The translations under genes and the position numbers were made by a program. From positions 4,684-68,683 of the forward strand of contig DASXKQ010000250.1 of the NCBI GenBank assembly GCA_036496745.1: a stretch of DNA of 64,000 nucleotides. The letters are read 5' to 3'. This document shows, in pieces, positions 27,421 through 37,230 of this stretch. Source of the DNA: Polyangiaceae bacterium. GTDB taxonomy: Bacteria; Myxococcota_A; Polyangia; Polyangiales; Polyangiaceae. The notes under the pieces are model-generated. The model searched no databases. It saw only the letters and a list, made by a program, of their open reading frames with translations, and had not been told where the DNA came from. Position 1 is the first letter of the stretch; every line of letters begins with the position of its first letter.

Positions 27421-28725
27421 CTACTGTCCCACGGTCCGACGGACGAGCTTGCCGCCCACGCGACGCACCCACGCACGCTGCACGAATCCCCAAGGCGACG
27501 AGTGCATCGCCGTGTAGTCGGCGCGCTTGAGCAGGCCTAGCGCGGTGCCAAACGACGAGCTGCGCGAGCCGTAGTTTCCGGACGCAGCCGCGAGCAAGAG
27601 CAGTTCGGCGCTGATCCAAGTGCGCTGCACCGGCGGTTGTGAAAATCCATTACCGTTCGCTTCCCGGTCGCACAACGTCGCCCAGGTGAAGGCTGCCAGG
27701 GGACGGCCGGCGATTCGCGCCAGCGCGACTTGCAGCCACGCGCGTGGGTTGCATTCCAGAACGCGCCACGCTCCTGACGAGTCCTTCAAAAAGGGGAACT
27801 CGGCAAGACCTTCGAGACCCAAGGCCTCGGCCAGCCGTCGGCCCGCGAGATCGATCTCCGGGTCGACGCGAGTTTCCAGCCAACAGCCGGTGCCGCCCAC
27901 GCGCGGGTGCTTCCAGCGTTCGACCGCCGAAATTTGTCGTATTTGGCCGTGCTTGCTGCGGGCCACCCAGGCGACGGCCTCGCCTTCGGGCGGCGTCTGC
28001 AAGCGCTCTTGCACCAGCCACGCATCGGAGAAAGACCAATTCGCGGTAAGGGCCGCGGAAAGCTCCGCCGGCGACGCATAGGCGCTCGCGGCAAGCAGCT
28101 TGCGGCCGCTGGTGTCGAGCGCGAGCTGCGCGCGAAATGGCTTGAGCGTGGGCTTGATCACGACGTCGGTGCCGAGCTCGTCGAACGCTTCACGCAGTTC
28201 GCGCGGGTGGCGAATCGTCACGCTACGCGGACATAGATCGGCGAGCCCGTTCGCCCGCAAGAAATCGAAGAACTCCGCTTTGTCGAGCCCGCCCGAACGC
28301 AACGCCGTGGCGCGCGGGATTCGGAGTACATGCTCGACAACAGAGCGGTGTTCCAAGAGCAATCGAAGCGTCGCGTCGTCCGTGGCAAACACGGGCAGCG
28401 CGCTCCCCGCGCGCTCGGCCAATGGCGAAGCAAAGCGCAGGATGGCAGCGAGCGCGCTCTGCGACGACGCCGGCCACTCAACCCGCTCGTATGCGACCAG
28501 CTCGGGGACCCCCGCCAAGACGCTGTTCTGCCCGAACGAGATCAACGCGAAGGGAACACCGCAAGCCGCGAGCTCCTCGGCCAGCGACACGCTGACGACT
28601 TCGGACCCTGCGCTGAGCAGAAGCGCCGGCACCGTAGGGTCCGGGTATCGATGATCGAATGAGTGCATCGCTGATGCGAATCTATCGGAGCTGCCACTTA
28701 GACCATGTCTTTGCGCGGTTTCCAA
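27421..28725 (-). CDS. ATP-grasp carboxylate-amine ligase (polysaccharide-cluster type); alternative start at 28668
   Basis: FATDD, LDKAEF, VVIKP, WLVQERL, VLECNPRAW. Confidence 0.8.
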   Translation of the reverse strand: METAQRHGLSGSSDRFASAMHSFDHRYPDPTVPALLLSAGSEVVSVSLAEELAACGVPFALISFGQNSVLAGVPELVAYERVEWPASSQSALAAILRFASPLAERAGSALPVFATDDATLRLLLEHRSVVEHVLRIPRATALRSGGLDKAEFFDFLRANGLADLCPRSVTIRHPRELREAFDELGTDVVIKPTLKPFRAQLALDTSGRKLLAASAYASPAELSAALTANWSFSDAWLVQERLQTPPEGEAVAWVARSKHGQIRQISAVERWKHPRVGGTGCWLETRVDPEIDLAGRRLAEALGLEGLAEFPFLKDSSGAWRVLECNPRAWLQVALARIAGRPLAAFTWATLCDREANGNGFSQPPVQRTWISAELLLLAAASGNYGSRSSSFGTALGLLKRADYTAMHSSPWGFVQRAWVRRVGGKLVRRTVGQ

Positions 28726-28825
28726 CGAATAGGAACCACCGTTCGTCGAGTAACAGCTCTCGGACGCGAGCGTTGGACGTCCGCTGATTCTGGACTCCTA
28801 CGCTGGAGCCAGCTAGGCATAGTGG

Positions 28826-30415
28826 ATGCGCTTCGGCCTTGGCATTCGGCCCCGATTTGCCGATTGCTGGCGCCAAAACCGCGTTGATTGCGCATTCGTT
28901 TTCGCACTGAGCGCGCTCTTCTTGCTTGTTCACCTGCTGAACGCGGAACCTGTCGAGCTTCTGGGCGACGCCTTTTACAAGTGGTTTTTCGTCCGGCAGT
29001 GGTCGCACATAAATAATTTTTCGCACTCGAGCTGGGACCACCACATGGCGCGAGCTGGCGTCAACCTGCTCGCGTATCTCGCCCAGCGCGTGTTCGGCCC
29101 CAACTGGAAAGCCTACTACGTCGCGCCGATGGCGATGGCCACGCTCCAGGTTCCGTTCGTTTACGCGATCGGCAAGCGGCTCTCGGGACGATTCGGTGGG
29201 ACGCTGGGCGCGCTGCTGCTGATCTATTTCCCGACGACGTTTCGTTCTGCATCGCAGCTCTTGCCCGACGGTTTCGTCGGCACCTACGCGTTGATTGCTG
29301 CCTACCTGTTCCTGCGCTCGCTCGACGCCGGAGACGCCGCGCGGCGCCGCTGGCTGCTCGCGAGTAGCTGCGCGTCATTTCTCGCTTACTTGGCGAAAGA
29401 GACGGCTCTCTTCTTCGTGCCAGGCTTCTTGCTTGCGGTGTTCCTCGCGCGTCGCGCGTGGCGCGACGTGCTTCACTACCTCGCGCCGCTCTGCGTCGGG
29501 ATCGCGCTCGAGTCCTGCTTTTACGCGTTGTTTACCAGCTACCCACATCGCTACGCGATCGTGACACACAACGCGTACGCGACAGACGTGTTTACGGTGA
29601 GGTCGTTCTTCGAGCTGTTCGACCGCTACTCAAATCCCAATTTCCCGGACTGCCTGAAATTCCTGTTGTCCTTTTTCCTCGCGAGTTCGCTCGGCTTGCT
29701 CGCCTTCGGTCGCCGACGTCAGACCTTGCTCTTCTTGTTGATCGCGCTGAGCCAGCTTTTCAATCTGACATTTGCGCTCAAGAGCTTGCGCCCGCTCGTA
29801 CTCTGGCAAGGGTTCGACTCGCGCTACGTGGAGTCGGTCGTTCCATTTGCGATCGCAGCCACGGGCGCATTCATTGGCGTGGGCTGTAAGTCGCTCTGGG
29901 AGCAGTGCCAAGGCCGGCACTGGCAACGTGTGCTGGCTCTCTTGACCCGCCAGCAATCGCGCGCGGTCGTGGCGCTGTGCTTGACCCTAGCCATGCTGTC
30001 TTGGGCCTGGGTAGGCCCCCGGCAATGGGCCGGCTTTGAGCAGGACGCGACGCAAGCCGCTCTCGTGCGCGACACCTACCAGCGCAATCTTCCTATTTTG
30101 ACGCACCACAAGGAGCGCGAAGTCGCCGTCGTGTATTCGGTGTTGCTGCCCGACGATCTGCTGCTGCGCGACGGAGCCCTGCCCGACTTCCAAGCCACGG
30201 TGCTCGGCCATGGGGATCTCATCTATCTCGTGCGCGATCCAACTCTGTATGACGATGCCATGGTCACCCGGCTCGAACGATCGCCGTGCGTGCTGGAGGT
30301 CTCGCCGAACGATCGCTTTCTGGCGATGACACCAAGCAGACCTTTGCCTCCGCACTGCGACAATCTGCTCGCGGTGCTGCAGGAGAGAGCCCGCGCACGC
30401 GCCTCACATCAATAG
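28826..30415 (+). CDS. GT-C-fold polytopic glycosyltransferase (2), paralog of 23972..25618
   Basis: LLGDAFYKWFFVRQW, HHMARAGVN, SQLLPDGFVGTY, YLAKET, TYQRNLP. Confidence 0.75.
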   Translation: MRFGLGIRPRFADCWRQNRVDCAFVFALSALFLLVHLLNAEPVELLGDAFYKWFFVRQWSHINNFSHSSWDHHMARAGVNLLAYLAQRVFGPNWKAYYVAPMAMATLQVPFVYAIGKRLSGRFGGTLGALLLIYFPTTFRSASQLLPDGFVGTYALIAAYLFLRSLDAGDAARRRWLLASSCASFLAYLAKETALFFVPGFLLAVFLARRAWRDVLHYLAPLCVGIALESCFYALFTSYPHRYAIVTHNAYATDVFTVRSFFELFDRYSNPNFPDCLKFLLSFFLASSLGLLAFGRRRQTLLFLLIALSQLFNLTFALKSLRPLVLWQGFDSRYVESVVPFAIAATGAFIGVGCKSLWEQCQGRHWQRVLALLTRQQSRAVVALCLTLAMLSWAWVGPRQWAGFEQDATQAALVRDTYQRNLPILTHHKEREVAVVYSVLLPDDLLLRDGALPDFQATVLGHGDLIYLVRDPTLYDDAMVTRLERSPCVLEVSPNDRFLAMTPSRPLPPHCDNLLAVLQERARARASHQ

Positions 30416-30509
30416 TCGGCAATCGCAGCATTGACGGTCCCGCCGACCCACTCTGACTCGCCCGACGGCACTGGCCCGTGCTAGAGCCGGACTCGCACGG
30501 TCGCCTTCG

Positions 30510-32135
30510 ATGAGCCTGCTTTCGACGCTTTGGCGCAGCCTCCGTGGGCGCTGGCCCGATTGGGCTTTCTTGGCACTAGGCGGCGCCCTGCTCGCGTTCG
30601 TGTGCTGGGAAGCTTGTTGCGTGCGCGTGATCACGCACAGCCCGAACGCCGACTATTGGGAGCACGCCGCCGTGTTGCGCGCGTTGATGCAGAGCTTGCT
30701 ACATCCTGGGAACCCCCAGCTCGTCAGCGGCGCCACCTCAGCACGCTATGGGCCGCAGTTCGTGCTCGTGGCACTGCTGGCGCGCGCCGCGCACACAGAC
30801 GCGCTGGGCGCGATGAGCATTGCCGCGATGCTCGATGTCGTGCTGCTCCTACTCGGCATCTACGTCTTCTTTCGACGATACTTCGACGAACCGATCGCGA
30901 GCGTGTACGGGCTGCTCGTTATGTTGACGAGCTGGTGGGTCGGGTTCCGCTTTTCCAACGTCTATCAGCTGACCGTCTTGCCCAGCGTGGCCAGCTATCC
31001 GTCGAGCACCGCCCTCGCTCTCTGCTTGCTTGGTCTCGCATTGGAGCTCGGCGTCCTGCGCCGGCGCGTGCGAAAGCCCCTCGGCCTGTGCCTGCTCGGC
31101 CTTTGCCAGGCAATGACGTTCATCGTCCATCCGCTCACGGCGATGATCTTCATCGCCGGCTCCGGCTTGCTCTGCGTGAGCGAGCCTCACGTCGAACGAC
31201 GACTCCGGTTCGAGGTACTCGGCGCGAGCGCCGCCGGCCTCGCGCTATCGCATTTTTGGCCGTATTTTTCGCCTTGGCGTGTGCTGCTCGGTGGCTCGGG
31301 GTTCAGCGCTCATTGGCTCGAGCGGAGCGTGCAGGCGGCAACGACTCGTAGCCTCGCCGACTATCGTCACACCTTCTACGATCTTCCGGCGGTGCTTCGT
31401 TTGCTCGGGTTGTCCTTCCTCGGCCTGCTGGCTCTGCCTTATTTTTTCCTGCGCCGCGCGCGATGGTTCGTCGGATTCGGTGCACTTTTGATGCTCGTGC
31501 CCTACGCCGTCAACGCGCGCATTGAAATTCCGCTCGGCCACCGATTTCTGTTGCTCGCAATTTTCTATCTGCAAGTCGCCTGTGTCTGGCTTCTACTGTG
31601 CTTGACCCCAGGCTCGAGACTCGGCTCGACACGGCTCGCGCGCGGTGTTCCGCGCGTGCTCGGAATACTCGCAATCGCCACCCTGCTAACGCCCTTCGTC
31701 ATCCACAACGTGTGGCTGGCGAATCACGAAATTAGCCCATTTTCGCGACGCGCCAAGAACGGGCCAACCCCGATCGTCCGTTACGCGCGCGCCGCCGCAG
31801 AGATCGCCGGGCCGGGGGCCGTCGTCCTAGCCGATCCCGTAGTGTCCTGGCCGCTGCCAGCGTTTGGACTCAAAGTGTTGGTGCTCAATCACGACAACCC
31901 GTTCGTCGCAGACGAACCGGAACGAGATTGGGCCGTGAGCCGGTTCTTGAGCGACGCCAGCCCACAAGAGCGCGAGCAAATCATCGAGCGCTATCAGGTG
32001 ACTCACGTGGTCCTGCGCCGCGAGCCACGCGGCTCGCTGCGCGATTTTTTGGCGAACTCCCCGCGGCAGCCGCTGCCCGCAGGCTATATCCTGTTTGCGT
32101 TGCCGAGCAGACCACGACAGCCGTACCGTCCATGA
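30510..32135 (+). CDS. GT-C-like polytopic membrane protein (3)
   Basis: First loop NADYWEH, about 11 TMs, soluble C-terminal domain ending IIERYQVTHVV. Confidence 0.65.
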   Translation: MSLLSTLWRSLRGRWPDWAFLALGGALLAFVCWEACCVRVITHSPNADYWEHAAVLRALMQSLLHPGNPQLVSGATSARYGPQFVLVALLARAAHTDALGAMSIAAMLDVVLLLLGIYVFFRRYFDEPIASVYGLLVMLTSWWVGFRFSNVYQLTVLPSVASYPSSTALALCLLGLALELGVLRRRVRKPLGLCLLGLCQAMTFIVHPLTAMIFIAGSGLLCVSEPHVERRLRFEVLGASAAGLALSHFWPYFSPWRVLLGGSGFSAHWLERSVQAATTRSLADYRHTFYDLPAVLRLLGLSFLGLLALPYFFLRRARWFVGFGALLMLVPYAVNARIEIPLGHRFLLLAIFYLQVACVWLLLCLTPGSRLGSTRLARGVPRVLGILAIATLLTPFVIHNVWLANHEISPFSRRAKNGPTPIVRYARAAAEIAGPGAVVLADPVVSWPLPAFGLKVLVLNHDNPFVADEPERDWAVSRFLSDASPQEREQIIERYQVTHVVLRREPRGSLRDFLANSPRQPLPAGYILFALPSRPRQPYRP

Positions 32136-33583
32136 AGCGCGTTTTCTCGAACGTGCCCGAGTGGGCTTGGGTCGCGCTCGGCGCGCTCGTGGCTTTCGTG
32201 GTCTACGCGTCTTGCCGCTTGCCCGGTTTCGGGGAGCAAGACTCGGCGCGCCTCGCCGAAGACTCCGTGCTCTGGCACTTCGCCCGCTCCGTCGCGATCG
32301 ACGACTTCGACTATCGGCTGCGCACGAGCCCGCTCTACATCCATTTCATCAAGGTCGCGCTCGACGTCGGCCTGCCGATCCGGCGCGTGCCCGCGCTGAT
32401 GAATTGGTTCGGAGCTTTCATGAGCGGCGTGTGCCTTGCGGGGCTCTACTACCTGTTCAAGGTATTTTCCGAGCGCGCACTGGCCGCCACCGCGGTCGCC
32501 CTGTGCGCGCTGACGCCCGGCTTCTGGGTCTGCAGTATCTACGGCATCCCTACGATTCCAGGGTTGACGCTGTGGGTGCTTTCAGCTCTCGCGTTCGCGC
32601 GCGCTTGCACGCTCGAGCGTTGGCGAGACCCGAAGTTTACGGCGTTCGTCATACTGAGCGGCCTGCTCGGGTTTCTCGCGCTGTCGCTGAAAGCCGACCT
32701 GATTTTATGCAGTGGGCTCTTTCTCGCCCTGGCGCTCAAACAGCGAGGCCGGCGGCTCTTCCTGATGGCGACCGCCGCGGCGACAGTGACCACGGCGCTC
32801 GGCGCATCGCTTCTCTACACGCACGCAATCTCCAGCACCCACTCCGCGTTCGGCCACGAATCACAACGACAGTCTCTGTCCGACTTTTCATCGGGCTGGA
32901 GCACGCGCTTCCCATTCGACGTCGACTACTTGCTGAACGCCAACAACAGCGCGACCATCACGCACGCCGCCGGCAGCGTGCTGTTCGCGACGATGGCCGT
33001 CGCCGTATTGAGCGGCCTATTGGCAGGCGGAAAGTCAGCCCAGATCGCGCGAGCCGCCACGCTGGCGGCAGTTCCCACGATCCTGTTCTGGGGGCTCAAG
33101 TCCGGCAACTCGGCGCGTCACAACGTGCCGGCTTTGCCACTGCTCGTGCTCGCGGCATGCAACCTATTTTTCGTAGCTACGGGCAGCGCTGCACGAGCGC
33201 GGCTCTTGGTCGCACTCGTGCTCCTCTTTTCATGTCTCGACACGACGGGTCGCGGGTCGGTCGTGCCTCCCGCGAATCTGCAGCTCTTGACGCAGCAGCT
33301 GCACACCTCGAGCCATCAGCTGCACCAGAGCGCCCGCGATTTTTTGCGCCAGCCCGGCCCGCGAAAGGCGCTGATCGAGGGCTACCTCAGTGCCTACGAC
33401 GAGTTCGAAGCCTTCGCGCTCGAAGGCCGCCTGCGCTTCGACCCGGTCGCCATGGAAATCACGCGCGAACCCGACCAGCACATTCGGCTCGTGCACGTGC
33501 GGGACTCCGGGGACGCACGTCGCCGCGCACAAGCTTTGCGCGACGAGGGTTGGCAGGTTTTCTCACTGCAGTACAAGCTGTAG
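32132..33583 (+). CDS. GT-C-like polytopic membrane protein (4)
   Basis: ATGA overlap with the previous gene; first loop GFGEQDSARL; LSLKADL; about 11 TMs. Confidence 0.65.
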   Translation: MKRVFSNVPEWAWVALGALVAFVVYASCRLPGFGEQDSARLAEDSVLWHFARSVAIDDFDYRLRTSPLYIHFIKVALDVGLPIRRVPALMNWFGAFMSGVCLAGLYYLFKVFSERALAATAVALCALTPGFWVCSIYGIPTIPGLTLWVLSALAFARACTLERWRDPKFTAFVILSGLLGFLALSLKADLILCSGLFLALALKQRGRRLFLMATAAATVTTALGASLLYTHAISSTHSAFGHESQRQSLSDFSSGWSTRFPFDVDYLLNANNSATITHAAGSVLFATMAVAVLSGLLAGGKSAQIARAATLAAVPTILFWGLKSGNSARHNVPALPLLVLAACNLFFVATGSAARARLLVALVLLFSCLDTTGRGSVVPPANLQLLTQQLHTSSHQLHQSARDFLRQPGPRKALIEGYLSAYDEFEAFALEGRLRFDPVAMEITREPDQHIRLVHVRDSGDARRRAQALRDEGWQVFSLQYKL

Positions 33584-33614
33584 TACTCAGCCGCGGCAGG
33601 CCCGGCAAACGTGG

Positions 33615-34601
33615 CTACAGATTGTAGATTTCCGCCTTGTAGGCTTCTAGGTGCTCCCCTAACCATGCCGCGCTGAGCTCGAGCCCGCGATCGAGAGAAT
33701 GGCGGGGCGCCCAACCAAAGAGCGCCGCGGCGCGCGAATTGTCCGCCCACAAGCGCTCAACCTCGCTGCGTGCCGGCCGCTTGCGCTGATCTTCGCTCAC
33801 GACTCGCAGCTCTTTGCCCACTATTTTCCCAATCTTCTCGATCAGGTCTCCGATCGAAATCTCACTATTGGTACCGAGATTGACGACCTGGCCGAGCGCC
33901 GCGTCGCAGTCCGCGATCGATACGAACCCTTCGACGGTGTCTTTGACGAAGGTAAAATCACGCGTGGGGTGAATGGATCCCACGCGAATCTCGGACTTTC
34001 CATCGAGCGCTTGCACCATCACGGTCGGAATCACGGCGCGCGCGGATTGGCGCGGGCCGAACGTATTGAACGGCCGCAAGATCGCCACCGGCAACCCGAA
34101 GGCATAGTGAAAGCTCAACGCGAGTTGATCCGCCCCGATCTTGGTCGCTGCATACGGCGATTGCCCGACCAGCGGATGCTGTTCGGTGATCGGCACGAAC
34201 TGAGCCGTGCCGTACACTTCACTCGTGGACGTGACGATCAAGCGCCGCACGTCGTTGCGACGCGCGGCCTGCAAGACGTTGTGCGTACCGAACACGTTCG
34301 TTTCCAAATAGGAGGATGACGCGTGGTAGGAGTAGGGAATCGCGATCAGCGCGGCCAGGTGGAGCACGGTGTCAACGCCGCGCACGGCTTGTTCCACGCG
34401 CTCAGCGTCGCGGATGTCGCCTGGAAACACCTCGATGCTCGCGCGGACAGGCTTCGGAAGATCTTCGAGCCAACCCCAGGAGTTGAACGAGTTGTAGAGT
34501 ACGAACGCTCGCACCTGTGCGCCGAGCTCGACTAGGCGCTCGACCAGGTGACTCCCAATGAAGCCTTCACTGCCGGTGACGAGGACCCTACGACCTTTCA
34601 T
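33615..34601 (-). CDS. NAD-dependent nucleotide-sugar 4,6-dehydratase (extended SDR, LegB-like)
   Basis: VTGSEGFIGSHL, YNSFNSWGWL, HLAALIAIPYSY, TSTSEVYG, YAATK, RPFNTFGPRQS. Confidence 0.93.
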   Translation of the reverse strand: MKGRRVLVTGSEGFIGSHLVERLVELGAQVRAFVLYNSFNSWGWLEDLPKPVRASIEVFPGDIRDAERVEQAVRGVDTVLHLAALIAIPYSYHASSSYLETNVFGTHNVLQAARRNDVRRLIVTSTSEVYGTAQFVPITEQHPLVGQSPYAATKIGADQLALSFHYAFGLPVAILRPFNTFGPRQSARAVIPTVMVQALDGKSEIRVGSIHPTRDFTFVKDTVEGFVSIADCDAALGQVVNLGTNSEISIGDLIEKIGKIVGKELRVVSEDQRKRPARSEVERLWADNSRAAALFGWAPRHSLDRGLELSAAWLGEHLEAYKAEIYNL

Positions 34602-34640
34602 TTCGTGGCATTTACCCGGGCGAGATCAGCGCCGCAAGCT

Positions 34641-35777
34641 TCATCGTCGAATCAGCGCCTCGAGTCGTGCGGTGAGTTTGGGCGCGGCGCTCTCGAACGC
34701 CAGTTCCGCGAGCAACTCGGAACGCAGCGCGGCATTCGTTGCGACGGGCGCCCGCATGAAGCCACGGATTTTTCGGGCGAGCTCGGGCGCGTCGCCGGCG
34801 GGGATCGTTTCACCGAGTTGGTAGAGTCGCGTGAGATCGCCCATGTCGCCGACGTCGCTAACGATCAAGGGCAAGCCGTATTGCAGCGCCTCGCTCATCA
34901 CGATCGGAATGCTCTCCGAGCGCGACGGAATTACGACGCAGTCGCAGTGCGCGTAGGCGTCGGCGAGCTCGTCGTTGTCGAGCCGTCCTCGAAACTGAAC
35001 TTGGTCCGTGAGCTCTGCGGCCACAATCGCGCGTTTTAGCTCGGGCGTTTGTTCGCCGTCCCCCACGATATCGAAACGAAAATCCTCACCTTTGAGCTCG
35101 CTCAGTGCGCGGATCAAGACGTCCGTCCCCTTCACGTGCGCGTGCCGCCCGACGTAGAGAAAGCGTGCGCGTCCTTCGACGCTAGGCGTGCGGGCGCGCG
35201 GCAGTAGAGCCCGGAACGTCGGCAAGAACTCGCACTCCTTGCCTGCGAGCTCCGAAAAGTCACGCGCCAAGCGGTGACCGTCGGCGTACAGCTGACCCGC
35301 TCGACTCGCGATGCTCCGAATCAGCCTGCGAACGACGGGATTGCTTTTGTACTTGTTGAGATCCGAGCCGAGCGCCCACAGCGCGTACGGCACGCGACTC
35401 CGGTGGAGGATCTGATCCAGGAGCAGGTAGATGCCGGAAGGGATCACCCACGCGCACAAAAAGACGTCGATACCGCGGCTCTGGCGCAGCGCGCGAACGT
35501 GGCGTACGCCGCTCTCGAGCAACGAGACCGCCGAGAATAGCCCGCTCGGGCTCGAAAAGCTGAGCTCCGCCAGGCGCGGTCCGAGCGCACGCCACGGAAA
35601 CCAAGTGACGTCGAGCCCGGCCAACGGCGGCGTCGGGTGGAGAACGCGGGCCTGCGTGAGGACACACACCTCGTGACCAAGCGCTTGTAGAATGCGAATC
35701 GCGTCCACTAGAAAGTGAGCGTGCGTGTGATCACTCGGCTCAGCCGGAAAGGTGCTGGTAGTGAGGCAGATCTTCAT
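34641..35777 (-). CDS. GT4 family glycosyltransferase
   Basis: FLYVGR..VKG and the EX7E motif SESIPIVMSE. Confidence 0.9.
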   Translation of the reverse strand: MKICLTTSTFPAEPSDHTHAHFLVDAIRILQALGHEVCVLTQARVLHPTPPLAGLDVTWFPWRALGPRLAELSFSSPSGLFSAVSLLESGVRHVRALRQSRGIDVFLCAWVIPSGIYLLLDQILHRSRVPYALWALGSDLNKYKSNPVVRRLIRSIASRAGQLYADGHRLARDFSELAGKECEFLPTFRALLPRARTPSVEGRARFLYVGRHAHVKGTDVLIRALSELKGEDFRFDIVGDGEQTPELKRAIVAAELTDQVQFRGRLDNDELADAYAHCDCVVIPSRSESIPIVMSEALQYGLPLIVSDVGDMGDLTRLYQLGETIPAGDAPELARKIRGFMRAPVATNAALRSELLAELAFESAAPKLTARLEALIRR

Positions 35778-35837
35778 CTCGCCGCCAGAGCCTTAGCGTA
35801 GCCTTGGAAGTAAAAACAAGGGCTGCTAGCTCACGAA

Positions 35838-36204
35838 TCAGCCAACTCGAGCCAAGGCGAGCACGCGCTCCCCGAGCGCGAGCGAAGCCGTCAAGCCGGG
35901 CGACTCGATACCGTACAGATTGACGAGGCCCCCTGTGCCGTGATCGCTCGGACCCTGCAGCACGAAATCTTGCACGGGCGACCCGGCGGGACCGAGCTTC
36001 GGGCGAATGCCGGTGTAGCCGGGCACGAGCGTGCCTGGGGCGAGGCCGGGGAAATAGCTACGAATGGCGCGATAGAACGAGTCCGCGCGCGCGTCGCCAC
36101 GATGAGCTTGCCGATGCGCTGGTGTGCCGCGCCGGCGCTCGCGCCGTATTCATACAACCGCCGCCCACGACCAGCACATCGAGCTCCAGACTTGAGTCGC
36201 TCAT
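35838..36204 (-). pseudogene. Internally deleted FAD-dependent oxidoreductase (LhgO/L-2-hydroxyglutarate oxidase-like)
   Basis: Three collinear pieces in three frames: MSDSSLELDVLVVGGG / [18 protein letters not shown] / [44 protein letters not shown]. Confidence 0.88.
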
Positions 36205-36230
36205 CGACGAGCGGTCGTAGCACGGAAATT

Positions 36231-37226
36231 CTATGGCTCGATCTTGCTTGGGCGCGCGTGCACGGTGAAGAGCCGCAGCAACGCTGTCCCGACAGCGCAT
36301 GCAGCCACGTCGGCGACCAAGAACCACACGCGCATGAAAACGGCGAGGAGGGCGACCGCCTCGCGGGCCACGCCGGGGGGGCTGAGCAGCACGAAGACGG
36401 CCTCGCGGACCCCGACACCTCCCGGCGTGACGAACGCGACGATACCGGCGACCCAGGCCAACACGTAGGACGCCGCGAGCGCCAACAGAGGTTGGCCCTC
36501 GAGCAGCGGAAACGCTCGCGCGAGCCAATGCCACGCGAGCAGGTACGGCAGCCAACCCAGCAACGTGAGTGTCGCTACCGACCAGAGCGCAGGCGCATTC
36601 AGACGGCCCGCTGCCGGGAACTGCAGGAATTTGCGCAATGAGCGCGGGCCGCGCGCCTCCAATCCACGCAGCAAACCGCTTGGCACGCGCACTTGCAGAG
36701 CGAGCACCATCGCGGGCAAAGCGAGCGCTATCAGGCCCACGCCACGCGCTGCTTCGCCGCGCTCCAGGTAGAGCACGCCGGAGGCCGCGATCGAGCTACC
36801 CACGATGGACGTAGCCAGTTGTTCGACGTTCACGCGCAGCATGCCGGCGCCGCTCAGACCGGGCAGCGGCTTGCTCACCTGATACGCGATGCCGAAGACG
36901 CGCCCCGGCAAGTAGCGCAGCAAATTGGTCACCAAAACCAATTGCAAGCACGCGTGATACTCGAGCGCGACCCCACTATAACGACGCGCCAAGATCCGAA
37001 ACACGACGACGTTGACGAGGATCCCGCACTCGAGCAGCAAAGAGCACAGAGCGAGCCAGCCCGCTCTAGCCACGCTGAAGGGCGATACGTACGGCAATAC
37101 GCGCGGCAAATCGCTGCGCGCGACGTACACGACGTACGCCGCCGCGCACACACCCAGCAGAAACCGCAACGCGACGAGTAGCGGGCGCGACGAAAAGGGC
37201 GTTTTCGGAGTCGTCGCTTTGGCCAT
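36231..37226 (-). CDS. UPF0104/LPG-synthase-TM flippase-like membrane protein (3), paralog of 25715..26692
   Basis: NLLRYLPGRVFGIAYQV, MLRVNVEQ, FVTPGGVGVREA. Confidence 0.85.
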   Translation of the reverse strand: MAKATTPKTPFSSRPLLVALRFLLGVCAAAYVVYVARSDLPRVLPYVSPFSVARAGWLALCSLLLECGILVNVVVFRILARRYSGVALEYHACLQLVLVTNLLRYLPGRVFGIAYQVSKPLPGLSGAGMLRVNVEQLATSIVGSSIAASGVLYLERGEAARGVGLIALALPAMVLALQVRVPSGLLRGLEARGPRSLRKFLQFPAAGRLNAPALWSVATLTLLGWLPYLLAWHWLARAFPLLEGQPLLALAASYVLAWVAGIVAFVTPGGVGVREAVFVLLSPPGVAREAVALLAVFMRVWFLVADVAACAVGTALLRLFTVHARPSKIEP

Positions 37227-37230
37227 TTTG

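Noticed and set aside
33615-34601. Legionaminic acid pathway call from the LegB-like dehydratase
   Set aside because: No NeuB, NeuC or NeuA homologs are in the window, so the product cannot be assigned.
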